DNA of 63,482 bases from Actinomycetes bacterium (GTDB taxonomy: Bacteria > Actinomycetota > Acidimicrobiia > Spongiisociales > UBA5794): positions 1-63,482 of the forward strand of contig JAMBLJ010000218.1 of NCBI GenBank assembly GCA_023336815.1, read 5' to 3'. Positions within the stretch are counted from its first letter, which is position 1; every line of letters begins with the position of its first letter. Positions 40,595 through 48,662 of the stretch are shown here, piece after piece. The notes below the pieces were generated by a model, which was not told where the DNA came from, made no database searches, and worked only from the letters and a program-made list of their open reading frames with translations. Both the position numbers and the translations under genes were made by a program.

Positions 40595-41353
40595 TCATGA
40601 CGCTTCCTCGAGGGCTTCTTCGGTCCCATCACCATCGTCAGGGTCAGCTCCGACCACCGCGGCGAGTTCCGTGGAACGCGCCGCACCGTGCTCGAGCATC
40701 CCGATCACTGCTGTCTGGAGAGATCGCACTCGTTCGATGAGTTCCGTATGTTCTGCTTCGAGGGCTGCACGGATATCGGAACTCTCGCGCTGCGCAGCAG
40801 CTATCCGGATCGCTGCCTCGTGTCGTGCGGCATCGATGGTCTCCTGGGAGCGTCGATCGGCCTCTTCGACTGCACGGCGTCCACGCTTCGCACTGTCGGC
40901 CTCGAGTTGCGCCGCTTCGGAGCGAGCACGTTCCTCGATAGCGGCCGCTTCGCGGGTTGCTGAGTCGAGTCGTTCCCTTGCCTGCAGCAGGATTGCTGAA
41001 CTCTCCTCTTGAGCCCGGCGTGCCGTTTCCTTGGGCTCCGAAGTGAGGTCGTCAGCCTGTTCGCGCGCCTCGATGATTATCTGACGGGCACGCTCCTGCG
41101 CCTCGTCGATGAGCTTCTGTTTCGTTTCGGCTGCAGCGAGGAAGGCTGCTTCGACGTTCCCTTCGGCGTGCTGGGGTGATTGAATACGGCGCTCAAGAGC
41201 GTTCGCTCGCACACCCTCCTTGCGCGCTTCGTCTTCGAGGTCTCCGACAAGTTCGGAGATCTCCTCGAGGAATGCGGTGACATCATCCGCGTCGAAGCCG
41301 CGGCGCGATCTGGAGAATTCCTTTGCACGTATCCGTTTCGCGAGTGTTTGCAT
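40595..41353 (-). CDS. DivIVA/Wag31 family protein
   Basis: EFSRSRRGFDADDVTAFLEEI DivIVA domain plus long coiled coils (AAAETKQKLIDEAQERA). Confidence 0.88.
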   Translation of the reverse strand: MQTLAKRIRAKEFSRSRRGFDADDVTAFLEEISELVGDLEDEARKEGVRANALERRIQSPQHAEGNVEAAFLAAAETKQKLIDEAQERARQIIIEAREQADDLTSEPKETARRAQEESSAILLQARERLDSATREAAAIEERARSEAAQLEADSAKRGRRAVEEADRRSQETIDAARHEAAIRIAAAQRESSDIRAALEAEHTELIERVRSLQTAVIGMLEHGAARSTELAAVVGADPDDGDGTEEALEEAS

Positions 41354-41523
41354 GGGCGACCTTTCCTCGGGTCGCCTTCCTACCTCACCATCGTCACAGC
41401 CTGTGCCCACCGTACGATGAACACTGACCGTGGTCAAGCCCTGACAGGTATTGTCGGCATGTTCCGATACATACACAACCCATTTGACGATGGCATGCTT
41501 CAAAATCTCTGTACCGTGCGCAC

Positions 41524-42207
41524 ATGCTGTTGTCCCTCTACGCCCGCATCGGCGAGTCAGATTGCGAGTCGATAGCGTCGGGCGTTCTCGCTCAGCCGGT
41601 CAACACACTGTCGAGCCTCGCCTACTCGATCGTCGGGATCGTTATCGTCGGATGGGCGTTTCGTGCGAACGGACAAGAGCGGCTCGTGCGGATCGTGTTC
41701 GGTGTGTTGATGGTGGCTACCGGTGCAGGAAGCGTCATGTTCCACGGCCCACAGGGCCAGGGAAGCCAGTTCTTCCACGACGTCACGTTCCTTCTGGCAC
41801 TTCTGTTCTTCGCTGTGCTGAATACCTCCACGGCACTCTCGTGGGCACAATCCCGCCGCTGGGCAGCGTTCGGAGCCGCGGCGATCGTGATCTCTGGTGG
41901 TCTCCTCCTTTCTTCCGGTGCCACGAACGCTGTGATGGTGGCGCTCGTCGTGAGTGTGATCGGATCAGATGTTGCCCTGCATCGGATATCCCCACGAGGC
42001 GGTTGGTGGTACACAACGAGCCTTGTTGCTATGACGGCTGCTATCGCGATGTTCCTGCTTGGACGAAGCGGAGGACCCATCTGCGACCCGGAGTCGATCT
42101 TCCAGGGTCACGCTCTGTGGCATGTACTCGGTGCGGTCGCGCTCGGTACGTACTTCGTGGCGACAACCCGATCCAGGCTTGAGACAACCATGGAGGAGTC
42201 CAGTTGA
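41524..42207 (+). CDS. CREST-superfamily (alkaline ceramidase-like) membrane hydrolase
   Basis: CE...QPVNTLSSLAY, GSVMFHG (SxxxH), HD, GHALWH (HxxxH), about 7 TM segments. Confidence 0.8.
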   Translation: MLLSLYARIGESDCESIASGVLAQPVNTLSSLAYSIVGIVIVGWAFRANGQERLVRIVFGVLMVATGAGSVMFHGPQGQGSQFFHDVTFLLALLFFAVLNTSTALSWAQSRRWAAFGAAAIVISGGLLLSSGATNAVMVALVVSVIGSDVALHRISPRGGWWYTTSLVAMTAAIAMFLLGRSGGPICDPESIFQGHALWHVLGAVALGTYFVATTRSRLETTMEESS

Positions 42208-43148
42208 TACTGCCAACGTATGACGATGTGATCGATGCGGCGAATCGGATCTCGCGACATGTACACCACACTCCCGTGTTCACCAGCGCGTACTTCGATA
42301 GGCGTGTTGGCGCGTCCGTTCACTTCAAGGCCGAGAATCTGCAGAAGGTCGGTGCCTTCAAGGCACGCGGAGCTATGAATGCCGTGCTATCGCTTACAGA
42401 CGAGGACGCATCACGTGGCGTCGTTACTCATTCTTCGGGAAATCACGGACAGGCCCTCGCAAACGCAGCCCGCGTACGTGGTATCGCAGCAACGATCGTC
42501 ATGCCCCACCATGCTCCTGCGGTGAAGGTCGCAGCGGTTCGTGGTTACGGGGCAACGATCGTGTTCTGTGATCAGGCCGAACGTGAGGCAATCTTGACTG
42601 AGGTGCAGGCTGAGAGCGGAGCAACACTTGTGCACCCGTTCGACGACGCAGCAGTGATCGCAGGACAAGGAACTGCTTCACTTGAGTTCGTAGCACAGGT
42701 TCCCGATCTCGACGTCATCGTGGCACCCATCGGTGGTGGAGGTCTGCTCTCAGGCGCATCGATCGTTGGAGACTACGCGGGTGTCGATGTGGTCGGCGCC
42801 GAGCCTGACGTCGTCGATGACTCGTATCGATCGTTGCGTGATGGCGTGCGGCATCCAGCCACGGGCGCCTCGAGTATCGGCGATGGTCTTCTCACAGGTA
42901 TCGGAGAGCTGACGTTCGCCGTGCTCCACGCAGCGTCGCGCACGGTTGTAACCGTGAGCGACGAGGAGATGCTCGATGCGATGGGGACCGTCGCCAGTCG
43001 CATGAAGCTCGTTATCGAACCATCATCAGGCGCCGCGGTTGCCGCGATACTCAAGTACAGCGACGCTTTCCACGCCAAACGCGTCGGTGTGATCCTTTCG
43101 GGCGGAAACGTCCAACTCTCTGTGCTTGGCGGTCTCCCCGCCACCTAA
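42204..43148 (+). CDS. PLP-dependent serine/threonine dehydratase / serine racemase-like
   Basis: FKAENLQKVGAFKARGA, HSSGNHG, AGQGT, PIGGGGLLSG, EPSSG, SGGN. TTGA overlap. Confidence 0.92.
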   Translation: MILPTYDDVIDAANRISRHVHHTPVFTSAYFDRRVGASVHFKAENLQKVGAFKARGAMNAVLSLTDEDASRGVVTHSSGNHGQALANAARVRGIAATIVMPHHAPAVKVAAVRGYGATIVFCDQAEREAILTEVQAESGATLVHPFDDAAVIAGQGTASLEFVAQVPDLDVIVAPIGGGGLLSGASIVGDYAGVDVVGAEPDVVDDSYRSLRDGVRHPATGASSIGDGLLTGIGELTFAVLHAASRTVVTVSDEEMLDAMGTVASRMKLVIEPSSGAAVAAILKYSDAFHAKRVGVILSGGNVQLSVLGGLPAT

Positions 43149-43175
43149 CACCAGTCCGCGTCCGACGGGCTCCGC

Positions 43176-43922
43176 TCAGACGATCGTCGACAGGTTGGTG
43201 AGGGCCGATGCGAGGGAATTCCGCGCCTCGACCAGGTTTCGTGAGGACCTGACTTCACGTTCCCGTGCATCCATAAGCACATCTTGGGACGGTGACGCAG
43301 CCTCTGTTGTTCGATACGCGAATCGCGACTCCGCTCGTGCATCGAGCGAGTCCCTCACGCCTCGAAGGGCCGCGGTGGTTTCGCTTGCTGCCGCTGCAGT
43401 GCGCGTGTCCGGCGCGGCAGCTTCGAGTGAGTAGAGGGCATCTGTCGCAGCTGCCATCCTCGGGCTCAGACTCGCCCAGGTGTCGGCTCGTGATGTTCCT
43501 GCGGATGCTCCGACCGCATCGGTCCCATCGAACTTCGCATTTCCTCGCCAGACTGCCATATCTTCACCCATGGCGTCGTACAGCCAGCGCGCCTCTGCGT
43601 ACCCCTTGTGTGCATCGTCCTTCCACGTTGTTCTTGCGGCTGGGACGACCACTGCCTTCTTCGACCCACGGGAGGCGAAGACGGCAACCAGTATGAGCAG
43701 CCCGAGTCCTACAAGTATGAGCAGCCACCATGGCGTTGTGGATTCGCCGTCGTCAGGGATGGTTGTATCTGAAGGTGCGTCCGTTGCAGGTGGTGCCTCC
43801 GTTGCAGGTGGTGCCTCCGTTACGGGTGGTGCGATCGTCGATCCGCCATCAGGTGGATTCGTCCCCGAACATGCGGCAAGAACAGTGGTTGCCAGCAATG
43901 CGATGATAATGACCCGCTTCAT
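43176..43922 (-). CDS. Hypothetical lipoprotein with Pro/Thr linker, TM helix and cytoplasmic helical domain
   Basis: Lipobox LAAC at residue 18, PPATEA repeats, TM PWWLLILVGLGLLILVAVFA, basic stop-transfer SRGSKK. Confidence 0.8.
   Translation of the reverse strand: MKRVIIIALLATTVLAACSGTNPPDGGSTIAPPVTEAPPATEAPPATDAPSDTTIPDDGESTTPWWLLILVGLGLLILVAVFASRGSKKAVVVPAARTTWKDDAHKGYAEARWLYDAMGEDMAVWRGNAKFDGTDAVGASAGTSRADTWASLSPRMAAATDALYSLEAAAPDTRTAAAASETTAALRGVRDSLDARAESRFAYRTTEAASPSQDVLMDAREREVRSSRNLVEARNSLASALTNLSTIV
43774..43832. repeat. 18-nt tandem repeat x about 3.3 encoding PP(A/V)T(E/D)A
   Basis: ggtgcgtccgttgcaggt ggtgcctccgttgcaggt ggtgcctccgttacgggt ggtgc. Confidence 0.9.
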
Positions 43923-44014
43923 ACGTCCCTCTCGTCGGTCGGGTAGAGATTAGGTGTCTTTCCGTGACACTCACACCGTGTCGGGATCGAGATCAGGCCA
44001 TCGATGTCGCCGTT

Positions 44015-45208
44015 CTAGAGCTGACCCGGCGACCAGTCAGCCAGCTTGAATACCTTTGCCGTAGCTGTCGCATCTGCAAGAACATGTTCAGGGACCGAGG
44101 TCACCGTTGCATCTACAGCGTTTCGCGATGCCGCTGTCGCCACGGGTCGACCCTCCGACAGATCACAAACTTCCTGGGCGCGTGCGGATAACTCTGCCGT
44201 GCCGATGGTTCGGGCAAGATCGATGATGGTCTCTTTCGGGAGGCCAACGAGCGGTCTCAGGATGGGTGTGGTCGCCGCTTGTGAGACCGCCACGAGATGT
44301 GGGAGTGTCTGGGAAGACACCTGACCGAGTGCGTCTCCGGTCACGAGAGCTGAGATCCCCTCACGCTCGGCTACCTCGCTTGCGGCTTTCGCCATCATGA
44401 CCTTCAGCGTGACCTGGCGCATACGAGGTTCGACATGTTCGAAGAGGGCGTCTTTGACAGGCTGGAACTCGACGAGATGCACCGTTGGCGCCATACCGTG
44501 GCCCCAGGCATCCGTCAGCTCGCTTGCGACAGCTAGTGCATGGTCAGACTGAGCGCAATTCAGCGAGAAGTGTACGAAATCGATCGTGCATCCCCGCGAC
44601 ATGAGCATCCAGGCCGCAACCACGGAATCGAATCCACCAGAAATCAGACACAACACACGCTCCTGTGATCCAATGGGGAGTCCGCCGTGCCCCTTTGTGT
44701 GCTCGAGCACAATGAAGGCTCGTTCATCAAGAACGGTGACATTGACAGTTTCCTGCGGATTCGTGAGGTCGACATGGCCACCCTTGGCGACCAAGAGTGC
44801 GCCAATCTGGCGAGCGAGGTCTACAGATGTCCAGTCGTGTGTGCCTCTCCGTTTTACACGAGCCGCAAAGGTCCGACCGGTGACGCGCTCGGCGCTGTGG
44901 GCGGCGGCGAGTGTGGCCAGCTCATCCATAGACGAGAAGGTCTGCTCGATGACGACATCGACAGCTGCTATCCCGAACACCGACAGTGCTGCGTTCGCAA
45001 CGTTCGAGATGTCTGCTGTATCCGGCGAGAGACCGAAACGATGGGTACCGAGACGCTCGATCCGCCCGTCGTAACCAGCCGTTGCGAGGGCCTTCGTGAG
45101 GTTGGAGCGCACCTTCTTGATGAGGTGCTGCTGGGTGCGACGTGACTTGAGGAAGACATCGCCGCTGAGGGTCACGTGGAGTGTGGGCGGGGCGCCGGGG
45201 AGAACCAT
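44015..45208 (-). CDS. thiI: tRNA 4-thiouridine synthase ThiI (no rhodanese domain)
   Basis: THUMP (TFAARVKRRG), GGLPIGSQ, PP-loop LISGGFDS, LVTGDALGQVSSQTL, LRPL, QEVC. Confidence 0.93.
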   Translation of the reverse strand: MVLPGAPPTLHVTLSGDVFLKSRRTQQHLIKKVRSNLTKALATAGYDGRIERLGTHRFGLSPDTADISNVANAALSVFGIAAVDVVIEQTFSSMDELATLAAAHSAERVTGRTFAARVKRRGTHDWTSVDLARQIGALLVAKGGHVDLTNPQETVNVTVLDERAFIVLEHTKGHGGLPIGSQERVLCLISGGFDSVVAAWMLMSRGCTIDFVHFSLNCAQSDHALAVASELTDAWGHGMAPTVHLVEFQPVKDALFEHVEPRMRQVTLKVMMAKAASEVAEREGISALVTGDALGQVSSQTLPHLVAVSQAATTPILRPLVGLPKETIIDLARTIGTAELSARAQEVCDLSEGRPVATAASRNAVDATVTSVPEHVLADATATAKVFKLADWSPGQL

Positions 45209-45240
45209 AACGCGAGGATAGGGCTGCCGGTCCCCCATCG

Positions 45241-46824
45241 CTACGAATCGTCCGAGGTAAAGCGCTGAGCGGGGAAGTAGTCGACGAGTACGGTCACGTC
45301 AGTCTTGAGCGCAGTCTCCAGGTCAGATTCGAGTTCAGAAACCGATGGTACGTCGCCCTCACCGGACAAGACAACGGTGATGACATCGGTGCTGACCTCG
45401 AGCTTTTCTATGTTGAGGCCCGATTCGGATATCCACTCCTCTGTCGTCTCCTGTGCCGTTGATTGTCGGCCCGCGCTTGCGATGATTCCCTCGGAGGCGA
45501 ACACAAGAGGAAGAAGGATCACCATGGCCCCGAGCGTCACCGTCGAGATAACCGTTCGCATCTTCACACGGTTCAGCTTGAACTGTTCAATAGGTACTAG
45601 TCCGGTCACAACGAATACGGCCGACGCCATCAGGATAATCGACACGAGGTTCGTCAAGAAGAGCAGAAATGCACCACTGGCATCGCTATAGGCGCCTGCG
45701 TGCAAGGTGATGCCGACCACACCAAGGGGTGGTACGAGTGCAACGGCGATCGCGACACCCGTGATCGAGGACGATACGCGTTTGTCCACTGTTGCGTAGG
45801 CTCCCGCCGCACCTGCCGCGACGGCGATCAGCATGTCAACGAGCGTGGGTGATATGCGCGACTGGATCTGGGAATTGGCAGACAACGAAACGATCTGTGG
45901 TGTCCAGGCTGCGACGATCCACGCCACGCCGATCGAAACACCGACACCACCAGCGATCGTGGCGAACGATGTGGTGACACGACGCATCCATCCATTGACG
46001 ATGCCGGCGCTCACTCCCATGATCGGTGTCATGAGCGGAGCCACGAGCATCGCACCGATCACGACAGCAGTCGAATCGGCGATCACACCAAGCGTCGCGA
46101 TCGCCGTGGACAGGACCAATAGGACCCAGAACCCAACCTGTTTCTGGGTGGAATCCGGTGGCTCGAAATAGAGGCTATCGACGACGTTGTCCCGCATCTC
46201 ATCGCCGAGGTCGCGCTGGTCGAGCCAGGTCCTTATGTACCCACCTACTTCGAGTGGGTCGACCGTCTCTTCGTCAGCGTGCATGATGCCAAAGGACATG
46301 ATGATGGCTCCGACGATGATGGCCGCGCCTGCTGCGGCGAAGATGAGGCCTGCTATCACAGATTCAGGAAGGGCAACGACGACTATCCCGGCGACGATGA
46401 ACAGCAACCCGCGAACGAAGTCGAACCTCCATGTGTCGCGCGTGCTACGGCGACGCACAGCCGACCAAGCAACCGCAAGTCCCCGCGCCACGGCAATGGC
46501 ACCGATGATGATTGTGATGACGCGCAATGTCTTGTCGGTCGTAGCGACCAGCGCCACCCCGCTCACGATGTACAGGATACCGAGGCTGGCTCCGAGCCAT
46601 CGGCGGGGTTTGGTCGTCATGGCAAGGTGGATATCGCTGGCGCCCGTTCCGATGAGGACCAGTGCCACGGTAAGTCCGAGGAGAAACTTCGAGGCGTTCG
46701 GTATCGCAAGAGCTACCAAACCAGCGGCAAGGTACAGAGCCCCGCGCAATGTGGTGTGATTGAAGTAATCGCCAATATCGTGCGAATCGTCGTGTGACGT
46801 CACCTCTGGTTCATCCATCGTCAT
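45241..46824 (-). CDS. DUF389/TIGR00341 membrane protein with N-terminal HdeD/DUF308-like extension
   Basis: LSTAIATLGVIADSTAVVIGAMLVAPLMTPI, SRISPTL, GVAIAVALVPP, LLFLTN. ATG 46824 lies 7 nt after TAGATT. Confidence 0.88.
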   Translation of the reverse strand: MTMDEPEVTSHDDSHDIGDYFNHTTLRGALYLAAGLVALAIPNASKFLLGLTVALVLIGTGASDIHLAMTTKPRRWLGASLGILYIVSGVALVATTDKTLRVITIIIGAIAVARGLAVAWSAVRRRSTRDTWRFDFVRGLLFIVAGIVVVALPESVIAGLIFAAAGAAIIVGAIIMSFGIMHADEETVDPLEVGGYIRTWLDQRDLGDEMRDNVVDSLYFEPPDSTQKQVGFWVLLVLSTAIATLGVIADSTAVVIGAMLVAPLMTPIMGVSAGIVNGWMRRVTTSFATIAGGVGVSIGVAWIVAAWTPQIVSLSANSQIQSRISPTLVDMLIAVAAGAAGAYATVDKRVSSSITGVAIAVALVPPLGVVGITLHAGAYSDASGAFLLFLTNLVSIILMASAVFVVTGLVPIEQFKLNRVKMRTVISTVTLGAMVILLPLVFASEGIIASAGRQSTAQETTEEWISESGLNIEKLEVSTDVITVVLSGEGDVPSVSELESDLETALKTDVTVLVDYFPAQRFTSDDS

Positions 46825-46863
46825 GGGTGGCAATCTAGTAGGTGGCGCACCACTCCGATGGAC

Positions 46864-48057
46864 TCACACGAAGCGGATGAACCTGCGCTTGCCAACCTGG
46901 ACAACGTTGCCAAGGAGGTCGGAGCGCGGAACGCTCTCATCCGTAAGCCGAACACCATCGATCTTGACAGCGCCCTGTGCGATCAGGCGCCGTGCCTCGG
47001 CATTCGATGAGGTGAGCTGTGCATCGCGTAGGACCCCTGGGAGCCACACAGGGTCACCATCGACGAGACCTATCTCCGCGATATCGTCAGGATTCGACTT
47101 GTTCTTGAAGACGGTATCGAAGGCCGCTTCTGCACCGATCGCAGCGTCCCGATCGTGATACTTGGTCACCACGGCTCTCGCGAGACGACGTTTCGCGTCA
47201 CCTGGGTGGAGCACTCCCTTGTCCACCTGCGACGTGATGTCCTCCACTTGATCTGGCGTCAGACCAGCGGCGAGCCGGAACCATTGTCTCATCAACTCAT
47301 CGGGTATCGACATGGTCTTGCCGAACATGTCGGAGGCGGAATCTCGCACCGAGATGTAGTTGCCGAGAGACTGTGACATCTTGTGGACACCATCGGTCCC
47401 AATGAGCAGTGGCACCGTCGCGATGGATTGACCTCGATGACCGGCCTTTTGCTGGAGATCCCTACCCATGAGGAGATTCAACAACTGGTCGTTGCCACCG
47501 AGTTCGACGTCAGCGTTGACCGCAACCGAGTCAGAGCCCTGGAGAAGCGGGTACATGAATTCGATGAGCGAGATCGGTTCGTTCGCTTTCCATCGACTCG
47601 AAAAATCCTCGCGATCCATGAGCCGGGATACGGTCACCTGAGCCGTCATCTCGAGCACATCAGCCATATCCATGGCACCAAGCCACTCTGAGTTTCGCCG
47701 AATCTCGATCCGATCCGGGAGAAGAAGGGACGTGATCGTGGGGAGCACGGATGCTATGTGATCGTTGACCTCATCATCCGTGAGTCTGCGCCGTGTGGCA
47801 CTCTTCCCACTTGGATCGCCAACCTGGGCCGTGAAGTCACCGAGAATCAGGACCGCCGTATGACCCATCTCCTGGAATCTGCGAAGAAGGTCGAACGCTA
47901 CAGCCCAGCCAAGCGTCACATCGGGTGCGGTCGGATCCACACCGAGCTTGACTCTCAGTGGGTTACCTCGCTCGAGTTGCTCGAGGAGGGCACCTTCGGG
48001 GAGGGTCACATCGACTGTGCGGGTGATGTATGCGAACTGTTCTCGTGGGGACTTCAT
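46864..48057 (-). CDS. tyrS: Tyrosyl-tRNA synthetase (atypical TLGW/KMSQS motifs, C-terminal S4)
   Basis: KLGVDPTAPD, GDFTAQVGDPSGKSATR, EFMYPLLQGSDS, ELGGNDQLLNL, KMSQSLGNYI, VGKRRF. Confidence 0.95.
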   Translation of the reverse strand: MKSPREQFAYITRTVDVTLPEGALLEQLERGNPLRVKLGVDPTAPDVTLGWAVAFDLLRRFQEMGHTAVLILGDFTAQVGDPSGKSATRRRLTDDEVNDHIASVLPTITSLLLPDRIEIRRNSEWLGAMDMADVLEMTAQVTVSRLMDREDFSSRWKANEPISLIEFMYPLLQGSDSVAVNADVELGGNDQLLNLLMGRDLQQKAGHRGQSIATVPLLIGTDGVHKMSQSLGNYISVRDSASDMFGKTMSIPDELMRQWFRLAAGLTPDQVEDITSQVDKGVLHPGDAKRRLARAVVTKYHDRDAAIGAEAAFDTVFKNKSNPDDIAEIGLVDGDPVWLPGVLRDAQLTSSNAEARRLIAQGAVKIDGVRLTDESVPRSDLLGNVVQVGKRRFIRFV

Positions 48058-48095
48058 CGTTGGGGCAGGGTACACCGACTCTCTCGATGACACCG

Positions 48096-48662
48096 CTAAG
48101 GAGCGCTGTGGTCCGTTGGAATCCGAAAGCGCCACGGCCGGTCCTTCGCCTTCGAGATTCCGATCCTCACAGTGGTTTCCACGGGGTTCAGGGGTTTCGG
48201 TGACAGTGTCAGGTTGATCGGTCCATCGTTCAGGAGCGACCCGGACATCGTACCGTCGACCCCGAGAGCCTGACAGAGTTTGCCAGGGCCGTCAGCGAGG
48301 TGGTCTGTGCGTTTGCGTCTGGCGATCACGGTATTGAGTCCCCGTGTCACGGTGCCTCCTCGCAGCAGCACAGCGGAGGCGGAACCTTCCTGTCCCGTGA
48401 CCACGTTCATGCACCAGTGGATTCCGTACGAGCGATAGACGTAGACGGCTCCCGCATCCTCGAACATTGGTTCGTTGCGATCGGTTCGTGACCGGTAGGC
48501 ATGGCTCGCCGGATCTGTCGAGCCCCCGTACGCTTCCACCTCATCGAGGACCACCGCTACCAGGATGCCATCGAACGTAGTCGATAACGTTGATCCGAGA
48601 AGGCGCGGGGCAACGATCTGGGGAGCCTGGCGGAGTACACGAGCGAACTCGGCCTTGTTCAG
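48096..48662 (-). CDS. mpg: 3-methyladenine DNA glycosylase (AAG/MPG); CTG start
   Basis: VAPRLLG, EVEAY, YVYRSYGIHWCMNVV, AVLLRG, GPGKLCQALG, RIGISKA, PWRF. Confidence 0.93.
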   Translation of the reverse strand: MNKAEFARVLRQAPQIVAPRLLGSTLSTTFDGILVAVVLDEVEAYGGSTDPASHAYRSRTDRNEPMFEDAGAVYVYRSYGIHWCMNVVTGQEGSASAVLLRGGTVTRGLNTVIARRKRTDHLADGPGKLCQALGVDGTMSGSLLNDGPINLTLSPKPLNPVETTVRIGISKAKDRPWRFRIPTDHSAP

